From: Octopus bimaculoides
Lineage: Eukaryota
DNA length: 62,961 nucleotides
Direction of reading: 5' to 3'
Assembly: GCF_001194135.2 (NCBI RefSeq)
Contig: NC_068982.1
Span: forward strand, 174,479,545 to 174,542,505
A program made the translations under genes and the position numbers. Under the pieces are notes generated by a model, which saw only the letters and a program-made list of their open reading frames with translations, did no database searches and had not been told where the DNA came from. Shown piece by piece: positions 49,431 through 62,961 of the stretch (positions are counted from its first letter, which is position 1; each line of letters begins with the position of its first letter).

Positions 49431-51825
49431 TCAGACAGGGAATCTATACAACATCAGAATTGATTCCTGCAAGAATCTAATACGTAATGAATTGAATAAT
49501 GAATACTAAACTGTCCCACCATATATCGTAAGATCTAAAATAGTTAGAATCCGCCATTGAGTTGCGTCTCTTTATATCAAATCTGTAACTTAGCGGTTCA
49601 ATAAATAGAAATCGATAAAATAAATATCAGACTAAAAACAAGTACTGGTTTCGACGTGATCGACTAAAATCCTTGAAGGTGTTATCCCAGTATGACCACT
49701 GTCCAGTGACCGTAGCCAATAAAAGAATATATAAAATTTCGTGCTACTTCAGACATGCTTCTCATTGATTAAATATTTATATTGGTTAAGCGGTTATACA
49801 TGTTAAAACTGCACCATACGTTGTTAAATTCGACGGGTGAACAAATTCGGAATTTTTTTCTGCATCGTATATTTTCTTTTATGGCTTATCAACAATAGCA
49901 ATGTATTCATTCGTGTTTAATTCCTCTTTACATATGCTTGTAATTTTTCATGTATTTATTCAAAGCTGCAAACTTCGGGAGAGTTTTCTTCTCTCTTTTT
50001 TTCACTCCTAATATCAAAATCAGGTTCTACACTCTTATCAGCATTCAATAAAATTTTACATACTTCCAAATCTTAATATTTTTTTTTGTTTTGGTTTTAT
50101 TTATTGTATTATTCTTCTTGTCATTTCTGTTAAGAAACAGAATAAAGCAAAAGCTAACGAGCCAAGTAAGAGTGAAAGAATGCTATTATTTCAAGTACTA
50201 CAACAAATTCGCTCGTTTTTATCGTCTGCTTGCTGAGAAGAGATGACAGAAGTCAAATACCAAACAAATTTCGACGAGCTGTTGTTAACAAAAGCGACGG
50301 AAAATGGCGGATTCAAGAACGAAATTTTTTATGATAATGGCAACTTATAGAATTACCTGTAAGTAACAATAAATACCGAGAAAATGTGGCAGGGTTGAAC
50401 GGGGAAGTAGAGAGAAATAACAAAGCCAAATGAAACAAAACAAAGAAATTAAATAATGTATTGGTGCGTCCCACACTTTCTAAGCGATTGTAGTGTATCA
50501 AAAAAAAATACTAATCAATCATGTAGGCTTTATTGCTGAAACGTCTGTTATCGGCGAGGAATGACACTTTGACAGAAACAGCAAATTGCTTGGAAAGTAT
50601 ATTTCTCTTTTCCCTTCCTTTTTTTCTTCATTGTTTAATGCTATTGTTGTTCTCGATGATGATGATTATGTTGTTGTATGCCATGAAAGTCTGCGTTTCA
50701 CAGAGTTCCGCTGAGAAGGTAATTTATTCCAGTAATATTTGATATTTTTGGTTCATTTCACCAACAGAAAGTGCTTCGGAATATTTAAACGTTCAACCCC
50801 TTATCTTGTGGTAAAAAAAAAAAAAGGATTTTACCTACGGCATTTTTATTGTGTATATACATTTCTGCAAACACCCATTTGTTTGTTTATTAATGTCTAA
50901 TACGGCCACCTCCGTGGCAATATTGAAAGTGCTAGCTACAATGGTGGTAGCGGTAAATACGCCTCCAAATTTCTGCAAACACAAAAAGTAGATAAAAGTA
51001 AATACGAAAAATTCAACAGTTAAATTAACAAACCACAGTTACGAACAGAAGCAATTACAATAAGAGTAATAAAAAAAAAATGACAATAATATAAACACCA
51101 CAAAAAAACAAGTATTAGACATGAATTAGCCCCAGGCAAAAAAGAAAGAGTGGATGTATCTACTAGTTCTAGGAATTTATTCCAGAGGGGACAAGAATGA
51201 AAGGGACGTACCCCTGTTTTGCTATAAATGTAATGAGTTTCCATATGGTTCTTTTATGGCATGATATAAGCTCGTTTGATAAGGGCAGGGCATATGGAAG
51301 CATGTGATGAGGAGTTTTATCTTGGAGTTCAAAACAGGATAGACATTCCAAGCAACAGTTCTGTCTCTATTGTCTGGGAGCAATGTGGACATATGGATCT
51401 AGGAGCAATGTAGAAAACCATTACAAGCAGCAATAAAAAATGGTGCAGGCAGGTCGCCAGTCGGATGTCTGAAGTCTTTCTTGCAAAAGACCACCAACCT
51501 CCGCCCCACCATCCACTCGCATGCCATATATCGGAGAACCAAAAATTCATAATGTCTAAAACGGTAACGAAAATTTGATGATTAGTGCTAAATGACCTGA
51601 AGCAGAATAAGAGGAATGCTGTAGTGACCGATGGTTACATAACTAAACATTAGTTGCTCAGAGGATGTGGAAGATTTCATACTTTGATCAAATACGAAGA
51701 TTGCTCAAGAGCAATATGTTTGCCGATGTGTTCAAAATTCCGAGAACTGACCAGATCGAAAGGTAGTTAGTATGGTAGAATACAGTGGTACACACGACAT
51801 AAGTAGTAATTTCTCATCTCTATGT

Positions 51826-52209
51826 TGTTGTTGGCACTCCGTCGCTTACGACGTCGAGGGTTCCAGTTGATCCGATCAACGGAACAGCCTGCTCGTGAAA
51901 TTAACGTGCAAGTGGTTGAGCATTCCACAGACACGTGTACCTTTAACGTAGTTCTCAGGGATATTCAGCGTGACACAGTGTGACAAGGCTGGCCCTTTTA
52001 AATACAGGTACAACAGAAACAGGAAGAAAGAGTAAGAGAAAGTTGTGGTGAAAGAGTACAGCAGGGTTCGCCACCATCACCTGCCGGAGCCTCGTGGAGC
52101 TTTAGGTGTTTTCGCTCAATAAACACTCACAACGCCCGGTCTGGGAATCGAAACCGCGATCCTATGACCGCGAATCCGCTGACCTAACCACTGGGCGGTT
52201 GCGCCTCCA
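51826..52209 (-). mobile_element. SINE family C, full length with 13-bp TSD
   Basis: Reverse complement of the 15582 copy; TSD CTCATCTCTATGT at 51813-51825 and 52210-52222. Confidence 0.95.
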
Positions 52210-52704
52210 CTCATCTCTATGTAAGCAGTTGCTTAAATGCTTTGTGCACTAAAGTTATAACCTGTTTTAATACAATGTGTCACATCTCACACTCATTTAA
52301 TGTTGCACTCATGCATGCGTGCATGTATTATGCATGAATGTATGTATGCATGTATGTATGTATACATGTATGTATTTATGTATGTGTGCATGTATGTATG
52401 TATGTATGTACGCATGTATGTACGTATATACATGCGCAAAAGATTGCCATACTTGATAGCGAGCCGAGAACATTAGCTGGATATTCCGGTTTTATAATAC
52501 AACTCCTAGTTGCCCCATAGTATGATTCTTCAGGCAATGAGATGTGAGATCTTTATATGGTCATTCCTAAGGCTTGCATATGTATGCATGTGTACATCCC
52601 CACTTGCTTTGTCATGTGTATACTTTTAAATTTACATAACATGTTTGCAGTTTGTTTCAGTTCTTGTAGCCAATAAAGAAATTACTATTCTCAACGTCGT
52701 CATC

Positions 52705-53170
52705 ATTCTGGTGGCGACTTAGCAGAATCGTTACCGCGTTGGACAAAATGCTGATAAGCATTTTTTCTAATTCTTTAACTTCTGAGTACTCGACTAATCC
52801 TTCTCCCTAAAAAAGCTGGCCTTGAGCCAAATTTTGAAATTAAGGCGGGGAGCTGGCAGATTTGTGAGCACGTCGAACAAAACACTTAGTGACTTTTCTT
52901 TCTGCTCTTTACATTTTGAGTTCAAATTCCTCCGAGGTCCATTTTGCCTTTTATTCTTTTGGTGTCGATAAAATAAGAGTTGAGTACAAGGGGATCGTTT
53001 AGAGGTCGTAAAAAATATTTCGCGGTATTTATTCCGGCTCTTTACGTTCTGAGTACAAATCTCACTGCGGTCAGCTTTGCCTTTCATCCTTCCTAGATCG
53101 ATAAAATAAAGTACCAGTCTGATCCTGGGGTCGATGGTATCGACTAATTCTCTCTCCTTGGAATTGTTGA
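52705..53170 (+). mobile_element. Cluster of three or more partial SINE family A copies
   Basis: Heads at about 52710 and 52842; central domains at about 52920 and 53070. Confidence 0.8.
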
Positions 53171-54384
53171 TATCGTAATGCATGATATCAAGTCGGCCAC
53201 ACTATAGCTAAATATTCCATTTTATAATACAGCTGCTGAACACTATAATACGGCTCTTCAGGCAATGAGAGGTAAGGTCTTTATACACTGCATCTAAATA
53301 CAATATTGGAAGCAACCCATTGTTTTATTATGGTGGTACGTTTGAATTGTGTAGTGTGCATTTTCACAGTCTATTTTATTCGTGTGTTTTCTGTGTTCAA
53401 GTTTTCAGTGTATTTGAGCATGTTTTCTCTATGGCAGTAGAAACAGCGTCGCGTTGATTGATATAAAGATTTATGGGGGGGAAAAAGGGAAGGAAAGAAA
53501 TAAAAATATTTCCCTTTTGTGAATTTCTGAGAAGGAACCATTGTATGTGGAAGAAGTAATCAGATTTATCAAATTACTGTAGATTCATTTATCTGGGTGT
53601 AAGAGATTTCTGTATAGCGGAGTATTATTATTTCGCTCGTGATGGAAGAAAAAAATTATAAAATGTAAGAAAATGTTCTGTTATGTTACTATTTCATGTT
53701 ACTACTGCATTTATATATTCGATTGAGTACAAATGATGTTCTATATAAGAGAAGTACTATGGTAGATTCATTCGGCTAAAAAATGCAAGACCGTAGTTTA
53801 ATGTTTGAAATAAGTAAAAGATGAAATATATACATACATGTGTGTGAGGGGGGTGTAGAAGAAAAATATGAGGGTTTTAGCTCACTGGTGATCTAAACGA
53901 ATAGGTACGCTGAGTAAGTGCTATAATTGGTCATCCTTTAGGTCCCAAGTTCACAGCTGAGGCTGGAGCTAGGGATCCGTATTAGGCTTCCGTGTTGGCA
54001 GATATATATTAGCGGAAAAGGTCAACAAAAAAAACCAAGGCAGGACGAGTATCTCAAGTCATTTATGATCATTTGTAATAATTTAGGGTATATACATACA
54101 TACATACATACATACATGAATACATACATACATACATGCATACATACATACATACATACATACATACATACATACATACATACATACATACATACATACA
54201 TACATTATGCGTTTTGCTAATGTTTGAGATTTCATTGATTTGGACGTAAAATTAGTCCATGAAGTTGTAAGATCATAAAACTATTTATCATATACATATA
54301 CTTTTTTGTGAATCGTGTGATATCAAGAATGTGTGTGTTATATGTCTCCGTATAGTCAAGGATTCCAGCATGTGACTCTAATGC

Positions 54385-55145
54385 ATATTGTGCGTATAAT
54401 CGATATCCAAAAATTTACCTAACTGGGTAAATATTTGAATCAAAAGTGCACCAGACTGATCACATCACGGGAAAATCTGACATTGTTTGAGGCAGACCCA
54501 GCTGGTTTCCTTGAACGTTTCCTAAGCCAGGATGAGTATTGGCTTCATCACTTTGAGCCAGATACTAAGAGATAATCCATGCAGTAGGAACGCTCCTCCT
54601 CACCTGCTCCAGTGAAGGTCGAGGTTGTTACATCTGCATGGCAGGTGATGGCCTCAGTTTTTTGAGAGGCAAATGACATTGTATTTATTGACTATTTTCA
54701 AAAGTGCCACACCATCGGTGGAGAGGACTGGGCCAGCTTGCTGAGGCAGTTACGAAAGGTTATTAAGGCCACACGCCAAGGAAAACTTATGAAAGGGGTT
54801 TTATGTCATCGGAGCAATGCTCCAGCACACATCCTTGTTTCAACAGTTGCTGTGCATGACTGGCTTTGAACTGGTTGATCACTCTCCCTATTCTCCTGAT
54901 TTGACTACATCTGACTATCATCTGTTCCCCAACATGAAAAAAACTACATGGCTGAGAAGCAGTATCGCAGTAAATGATGACGTCATATCTGCTGCTGATG
55001 ACTTTTTTTTACTAACAGGATGAAAGCTTCTCCACCAGTGGGATCCAAGCACTGCAACACCGATAAAAGAAGTGTTTGGACAGCAAGGGTATTATGTTCA
55101 AAATTAAACCTCACTTGGTCACATTCCATTGAGTCGACCTTCGAA
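54385..55145 (+). mobile_element. Mariner (D,D34D) transposase relic
   Basis: LFEADPAGFLERFLSQDEYWLHHFEPDTKR*SMQ*…VMASVF*EA…IVFIDY…SLLRQLRKVIK…NAPAH…GFELVDHSPYSPDLTTSDYHLFPNMKK (YSPDL motif); multiple stops. Confidence 0.93.
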
Positions 55146-56207
55146 TACATACATACATCGTTTGTGTGCTTTTATGTGTACTCAGACGAAGATGTTGTCT
55201 TCGACTTCAGTTTAACAGCTGCGAAGGAGGTGGAGGAGGAACAGTATTGTGATGACAACCATAGTGATACATGACGATTATGATGCTTATGTCTGTTATG
55301 ACGTTGGCAACTATACATCATCTGACTAAATGAAATTGTAAATAGAATACGTTTTAACCGCCAGATTGTAATCAATATTTGCTTTATTTATTGCTTCATT
55401 TTCATTGGATGTCATATGGAACGGAAATGGGCAATTTTTCTTCCTTTCTTTTGTTTTAATTTTTGTTACGTTTGCTGGACTTTCACTCTTTGATTTGTAA
55501 TGACATGCTTTAAAGAAAACAATCAAATTGCTAACACTGTTGTCACAGCCTTGTAAAAGAGTTACAGAGCATGAGGTTGAAGTTCAAAGTATATTCTGCC
55601 AGCCTTGTACCGTTCCTTTAAACGTATTTTCGCGTCTGTTGCCAGGCTCATACCACGTACTCGTGTACCAAATACTACTGATTCACTCAACTTTTTTTTT
55701 TCTTTTCACGATAAGATGAAATGTGCCTTCCTTCCTTCATTTATGTGGCTACAATTTAATATCACTTTGTTGTGGTTTGGAAGCTCGTATTTAATTATTT
55801 TTTCATAGTATTTTTTTTTCCGCAGTGCATTATCTAGCAACAGTAATTTGCTTCAGCAGAAAGTGCAATAGAATAATAGGTACATTCTATAAAGCCATAA
55901 AAGTCACAATTCCCATTTCCTTTTTCTCCACCTCCTGAAATCAATAGTGAAGTCTAATCAGCAACTGAATATCTTTTATCACGAAAAGGTCAATCATTTG
56001 AGCCCGTTATCAAACTAGTTCGTGAGTTGAATATATATTTATACATTTTGTCATCTTTATTTTCGGCTTCTATATTAATTGTTCGGCAACGGATTTGATC
56101 TGAGACTGTAATGTTGAAACTAAAACAATTTATATGATGGTAGTGTCTTATTGACAGTTCGGAATACACGCGCATTGTTATATTCGCCTCGGTTTTATTA
56201 CTGTTTC

Positions 56208-56209
56208 GG

Positions 56210-56270
<61 letters not shown>

Positions 56271-56490
56271 NNNNNNNNNNNNNNNNNNNNNNNNNNNNNN
56301 NNNNNNNNNNNNNNNNNNNNNNNNNNNNNNNNNNNNNNNNNNNNNNNNNNNNNNNNNNNNNNNNNNNNNNNNNNNNNNNNNNNNNNNNNNNNNNNNNNNN
56401 NNNNNNNNNNNNNNNNNNNNNNNNNNNNNNNNNNNNNNNNNNNNNNNNNNNNNNNNGTGCTGGTGCTGGTGGTGGTGGTGGTGGTGGTGG

Positions 56491-56522
<32 letters not shown>
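56208..56522. repeat. (GTT)n … (GGT)n(GCT)n microsatellite around a gap
   Basis: Directly visible. Confidence 0.9.
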
Positions 56523-56945
56523 GTAGTTGTTTATCTTCCGGTCAGTCTTGATCGAAAAACAAATCTAAGAACAAAGCCGTACATTACCTAATATGCCTTT
56601 CTTTTTTAAAGACGATAGATTTGAAGAATATTTGGCTGTTATGTTTAGCAAATCAGTTAGCCACGCAATGACTTTCACTTGGCTTCCACAAAGGCTCCCT
56701 CATTAACTCGTTTTATCAATAATAGACGCAATTTTCACATGAATTTCTTTCATCGTATAATTATGACCTGGTCACTGTTACCTTATTTCGTAGTAAGTAA
56801 TGTGATACAGTAATACAATGAATCAGTCATCCATGTTAAACTCTGTGCTATATAACAGCCATTTTATCAAAATTAATCAAGTATAAACAAATACATGCAC
56901 ATGTACAGAATTGTTTTTATACATATATGCTTATATATAAGAGTA

Positions 56946-57085
56946 ATCCAGCTGGTTTCCTTGAACGTTTCTTAACTCAGGATGTGTTTTCGCTTCGTCA
57001 CTCTGAGCCAGAAACTAAGAAATAATCCATGCAGTAGGAACACACCTCTTCACCTGCTCCAAAGAAGGTCGAGGTCGCTTTATCC
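56946..57085 (+). mobile_element. Short mariner fragment homologous to 54497-54630
   Basis: ccagctggtttccttgaacgtttc…gagccaga(a/t)actaaga(a/g)ataatccatgcagtaggaac…cacctgctcca…gaaggtcgagg. Confidence 0.88.
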
Positions 57086-58050
57086 GGTGCTCTTACTAGA
57101 TATAGTCCAGACCATCAACATCATATAGTATTCTGACACTAAAATTGTTTATAATATAAGGACTTGGCTAGAAATTTAGGAGAAGGGGATAGTTGAGTAC
57201 CTCGACCTCAATGCTCAATTGGTAATTATTTCATAAACCCCGAAAAAATAAAAAGTACACTTAGAATGTAAAACGCCGAAAGAAATGTCGCGGGATATTT
57301 TTCCCGACACGCTAACGAATCTGCTTGCTCTTCACATTGATCCTGACAGAAAAATGTGAGAAATTGGTTATCATGCACATAGATGTATAAGTGTATATGT
57401 GAGGAAGGACAGAGAAAGAGGGGGGAATATGTGTGTGTGTGTGTTAAATTTAATATTTTCCAACTTCAATAATCTAGTTTACAGGCAGCAACCTGCTTGT
57501 TTTTGTTTGTTTGTTTTTTGCGTGTGTGTTTTCGTTTTGTTTTTTCAATCGTCAACGAGTTGTACCTGGTCACTGAATGGCGATAAAATTAGTACCAGCT
57601 TCGAAAAAAAAGTACGGGGGGGGGCGATTTGTTCGACTAAATCCTTCACGTTCTGCTCCAGTATAGCCGCGATCCAGTGACTGAAACAAGCAGAAGATAA
57701 TATATATTTGGATAAAGCTATTACGTTCACAAAGATATAGAATGTCGTCAGTAACGGCTTTCGAACAGGTTTTCTATCAAAGCAATCTGGCTGAGATGTT
57801 TTTCGGTGCCTTCAATCAATCTTTCTTGGGATCTTTCAATTGCATTTGATATCATCTGTTATGATGTTCATTGTGTTTGGTTATGTTTTCGTATAATAGT
57901 TTCCTTAATTTATACGTTGTTTGTGTTGAAAATTTCCTGGTGCATTTGCTGAAAATCGCAAGGAAGTTCTTTGGTATCTTTGTTTATACTTGTTTGCAGT
58001 ATGGCAGGTAAAACCAGATTAAGTCACCCACTCTTTTTTACTTATCCCTA

Positions 58051-58496
58051 AAAAACTTTCTCGGCAACAATAAAGCAGCCAATTACAAGGAAATTGTCGA
58101 AAAAAATGCTCTGGTCTTTTCATCGACTGCAAAATGAGCTGGGAAACATCAGCGATGAACAGGGAGAAAGTTTCCACCAAAATATGAGGGTAATAGAGGA
58201 GAGATATCAAGGGAGATGGGTGTGAATATGATAGTTGATTACTGCTGGAGAATAAAAAGGGACTGCCCAACGATAGAACATTCAAGAATGTCTGAGAAAT
58301 AGAGTATTCTTCCTTCATAATGGCCGTTGACTTTATTTAGAGATATCATGTTATGTGCATATAATTTGCAGATTTTGTTGTGGTTAAGATTCTGAATCAA
58401 TAGAATAGAACGACCCTTGTGCTCCTTTTGTATTCTCTTTATCATAGGTAAAAAGAAACAAAAAAAGACCTCTGTTTCTCACCGAAATCTTACTAC
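58051..58496 (+). mobile_element. DNA transposon relic, probably Chapaev3 (CMC superfamily), transposase C-terminus plus 3' flank
   Basis: KNFLGNNKAANYKEIVEKM…ELGNISDEQGESFHQNMRVIEERYQGRW…MIVDYCWRIKRD; the DEQGERFHQD…RYQG.W…DYCW motif is recalled as Chapaev3, so the family assignment needs checking. Confidence 0.7.
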
Positions 58497-60215
58497 AATA
58501 ACGGTGGGCTGCCAATTTATATGGTGATTATTCTCCCGAGTAGAATTCGGAATCCACGTCGGTTGGTCACCAATTTATAACGGCGTGGGTACTGAGAAGA
58601 ATAACGAGTGGCAATTGATAACAGTGGAAAATTACCTATAACAATTAGATAATTTAATCTGTTTATAACGTGTTCAACTTGAAAATATAATGAATATAAA
58701 TATTTCTTTAGCAGGAATCTGTGGTGATAAATATCCGTCACTTATAACTTAATTATAAGTATTTTATCACCATGCATAAATTCTAGCTCAGACTACATAA
58801 ACACTGTAGTAAGTTATATACACCAGGACGCTGAACGTGCATGTATGTTGAATATAAATAAGCTCACTCTTCTTCACCGCTATAACAACAGTTTCAATAG
58901 TTACAGATATAAATTTCATCAACAGGTTGAAGAAATGAAGATAGAGAAATCATTTACTAGATTAATTTATTTACGTACATTTTATATTTACAATATCTTT
59001 TTATAATAGAAGTCAAAAGAAGACCGTCGTAGAAAATTTACGACATAAAAATTATGTTAACTAATCTTTCATAACGAAGCTACAAAGAGTTTTAAACAAC
59101 AATTCAAAACAGCATTGTTGAATAAGACAAAAGACTTGGCATGGTAATAACCAAATCTCAGGAAAGTGAGTGTCGTGGAATCAAGTAGACAACCAACGAA
59201 CACTGATTTATTTCCCAAAATTCAGGGTTTTTATAACTGCTGATATCTGAATTCTAAGAATCGTATTTCGTGAAAGATTTCTCTTTGACGAAAGTTAGAA
59301 TTCAAATATGGGCAGTAATTTTAACCAATGGGAAACTAATAATTATACCTATTCGGCCAACATGACCATGACGTCATATCACCGCCGATAAAGATTTATT
59401 AAGACTTGCTACGCTACATTTAAACTATCTATGCACAAAATCGACTATATTCATAATTTTACTATATTTAATACAAGGATAGAGTGATAATGAAGCATTT
59501 TTCAAACTTTGGCCAACTGCTCCAAAGTCAGACCAGGACATAAAATCAAGGAAAACTACATCTTTATGAAAATCCACCATAATGTATACAAAGGTCCTGA
59601 CATGATTGGTGAAAACGATTGGTGAAAACGAATTGCATATCTGGATTCAACTAAAAAATGTGCTTCAGAAATGCTTGTCTATTCAACAGAAACATCTCTG
59701 CCCCCAAATTCTGTAGACCTGTGTAATATACTTATTCGATATACACCAAGAATCTAAAGAGCGATGTGGACACAATAAAAATTATGAGGTTTCTTCTCAA
59801 GAAGATACTGATTTATTATGGACGAAAACTGAGATTGAAAAAAAATGTGAGTTAACCAGGAATCAGTCAAGCTAGAATAATTTTTTTGAATGTCCCTACA
59901 TTACATCAAAAGTAGCCAGTTTCGTTTGTTAATATCCATACAGAGAGCTTTCTGGTAAAAATTGATAAGAAAATGTAGCACAACAGATCATCAAATGAAA
60001 GGCTTTCTGCCTATCAGCAGAAGGGCATTCACGTTAGCTCTCGTTTAAATAGGATGTTTTTGCTATCCAGGAACTAGAAATAATGACAAAATACTTGATG
60101 CAGAAGAGCGATAGAAATGCAAATAAAACACCTTGATACGAAAACCATCTCTTCCCTTGCTTAAAGTATAGTAAAATTATGAATACAGCTGATTCTGTGC
60201 TTATATAGATTACCT

Positions 60216-60506
60216 GTAGTAAGATTTCGGTCAGAAATAGGAACACTTTTTGCCTATGTTAGAGAAAATACAAAAGGACGCCTAGGGCCGTTTTCTATTC
60301 TATTGATATAAAATCTGAAACACAAAATCTGCAAATTATACGTATATAACATGATATCCCTAAAAAATGTCAAATGTCATTATGAAGGAAGAAAACTGTT
60401 TTTTAGACATCCTTAAATGTTTTAGTGTTGGGTAGTCCCTTTTTATACTCCAACAGTAATCAGCCATCATATTCACGCCCAATGTCCATTCATATCTCTC
60501 CTCTAT
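60216..60506 (-). mobile_element. Second Chapaev3-like fragment, inverted relative to 58190-58496
   Basis: ORF 60360-60542(-) IEERYEWTLGVNMMADYCWSIKRDYP; 3' flank aligns to 58320-58496 and ends at the same ccgaaatcttactaca. Confidence 0.75.
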
Positions 60507-61317
60507 GAAAATGTAACTTCCAGCATGAGAAGCTACCTGCAAATGTCCTCTTCATGCTGCCATGGTCAAAACATTGTGCAATGCAATCTTTAGAAAGAAT
60601 TGTCCAGAAAACAAAAATACAAGAAATTACAGTGTCGCAGAGGGTGTACTCATTCATTATAAGAAAGAAGACTATTAGAATGATCCTGTTAAAATCTCAG
60701 TAAAATGTTGGCATAATAGATCAGACAAATGATCCGGGAAGAAAAAAAGTAAGTGCGCGTAATTGTGAAAATCAGTTGCCCAACGGGTATTAAAAAAATT
60801 TTATAAACAAGCAAAAAAAGAAAACATACTCAGTCCGTACTACAGCTTTAGATTTATATCTGTAATTACTGTACCCGTAATTATTGGGGGGATGCCTAAT
60901 TAACTGCCTCTTCACAAATCTTGATAAGCTGGGTTTCACAAAATCAGAAAGGACACAGCTAATTAAGCAATTACAATGTAAAAACTCTAAAAACATTCCA
61001 GTTTAGCCTACAGTAATTTTANNNNNNNNNNNNNNNNNNNNNNNNNNNNNNNNNNNNNNNNNNNNNNNNNNNNNNNNNNNNNNNNNNNNNNNNNNNNNNN
61101 NNNNNNNNNNNNNNNNNNNNNNNNNNNNNNNNNNNNNNNNNNNNNNNNNNNNNNNNNNNNNNNNNNNNNNNNNNNNNNNNNNNNNNNNNNNNNNNNNNNN
61201 NNNNNNNNNNNNNNNNNNNNNNNNNNNNNNNNNNNNNNNNNNNNNNNTAGTTTTAGGGAAAATAACCAATTAATTGAGTTTTTTACCTGTAATTTTGGAT
61301 TTTGTCCCTAATAATAT

Positions 61318-61390
<73 letters not shown>

Positions 61391-61879
61391 GAAGGAGAGA
61401 TACAAGAACGCAAAAATCATACACATATACGCACACACGCATATACAAACATACACACATACGCACACAAAAGAGAGAGAGAGAGAGGGTCAGTTTCCAA
61501 CCCCAAAACTCATTGAAGCCTAGACAATAGTATCAAGGCAATCATTTATGCATGCATGTACATACGTATGTATGTATGTATGTATGTATGTATGTATGTA
61601 TGCATGTATGTATGTATGTATGTATGCATACATGTATATATAAATTGACGTATCTGCACACGTGTATGAGTGCTACCATACATGTCCCGTATGGATCTAA
61701 GTTTTGCCTTATGTTTAAGTACATACATGCATATATATCTTTTATCTTTTATCTTTTATTTATTTCAGTCACTAGACTGCGACCATGCTGGGGCACCACC
61801 TTGAAGAATTTTAATCGAACGAATTGACACCAGTACTTATATATATTCGTTTTTCACTTACTTACATTGATCAAATATT

Positions 61880-62085
61880 GGTCTCAAATTTTGGCACACG
61901 GCCAGCAATTTCGTGAGAGCGGGGTAAGTTGATTACCTCGATCCCAGTACTCAACTGGAACTTATTTTATCGACCCTGAAAGGATGACAGGCAAAGTCAA
62001 CCTCGGTGGAATTTGAACGTAAAGATGGACGAAATGCCGCTAAGTATTTGCCCGGCTTGCTAACGATTCTACCAGCTTGCTGCCT
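61880..62085 (-). mobile_element. SINE family A
   Basis: tctcaaattttggcac…acttattttatcgaccctgaaaggatgacaggcaaagtcaacctcgg…ccagcttgctgcc. Confidence 0.85.
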
Positions 62086-62112
62086 TACATTGATATTAGA
62101 CGTCATACTACC

Positions 62113-62166
62113 ATATTGGACGTCATACAAATATTGGACGTCATACAAATATTGGACGTCATACAA
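62113..62166. repeat. 18-bp minisatellite x3 (ATATTGGACGTCATACAA) plus a partial copy
   Basis: Directly visible tandem units. Confidence 0.9.
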
Positions 62167-62296
62167 CCATATTCACCTATCCCAGATAAATCTTGTTATC
62201 TGTACCTATTTTCCTTTTATTTTTTATAAGATCAACTACAGTAGAGGTTAACTTCTTTTGAACGTCTTCAGTTCACTTCTCTTTACACACCTAATG

Positions 62297-62857
62297 CAGT
62301 ACCGGAACAAATATTCAGAAGCAACCCGGATTTCTGGATTTTCCGGTTTTCTGGAGACAACCTAAATATACACTTAAAATATGAAATAATCTATGAAGAG
62401 TAAGGAACTAAATTGTATTTAACAGATTCAAATTAATACATTTCTAAAACAGGATCTATTTAAAATTTATTAATTAATCCGCTTAAAATTCTTAAAATAT
62501 ATCATACATACTGTGTCATGTATCCAGTATGATATTTATAAAATGAAAATTAAATGTAAATGTTTAGTCTTTATCAATTCACAAAAAATGGGTTTAAAAG
62601 ATAGTTAGTTTTAACAAACCGAATGCGAATAAACCAACTTCAAAAACACGGTTTGTTTACACAATACAGGGTACAGTATATTTGCACGATATAGTTCAGT
62701 GTTTCCGAATTTCTGAAAGTTCCGAATTTCTGAAAGCCGGATAAGACGTTCCTATTTACTCAGTACAGTGTGCAGTATATATTGCCCGATATCGCACAGA
62801 TTTGCCGGATTTCTTGAAGTTCGGAATTCTCGAAGCCAGATAAGATGCCCGGTACTG
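62297..62857. mobile_element. Probable Tc1/pogo-type MITE
   Basis: CAGTACCGG … CCGGTACTG termini, repeated (t)ccg(g/a)attt motifs near both ends, and a roughly 90-bp tandem duplication in the right arm. Confidence 0.5.
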
Positions 62858-62902
62858 TGTTACTAATGGCGCTAGAAATAAAACATGACTACGTATGTAT
62901 AC

Positions 62903-62961
<59 letters not shown>

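Noticed and set aside
58517-58741. 74-aa minus-strand ORF with possible splice sites
   Set aside because: Sits between transposon fragments, has no recognisable domain, and the exon boundaries are ambiguous.

Overview
AT-rich, gap-ridden (N-run) animal genomic DNA, intronic or intergenic in character. The SINE families and extreme microsatellite load point to a cephalopod, probably octopus (inference). No intact protein-coding gene, tRNA, rRNA or CRISPR is supportable; nearly all ORF-track entries are microsatellite or N artefacts. The window is a transposon graveyard: three tRNA-derived SINE families (>25 copies); LINE relics (two R4/Dong-like copies ending in TAA repeats, another RLE-clade fragment, two RTE, one CR1-like, one Tx1/L1-like); a Penelope-like RT; DNA transposon relics (pogo/Tigger, mariner, probable Chapaev3); and several MITEs and foldbacks. 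The standout is a complete type I hammerhead ribozyme motif (36002-36064, minus strand) in the loop of a near-perfect 123-bp inverted repeat embedded in (TA)n. A few isolated exon-like segments with good splice signals are reported at low confidence.
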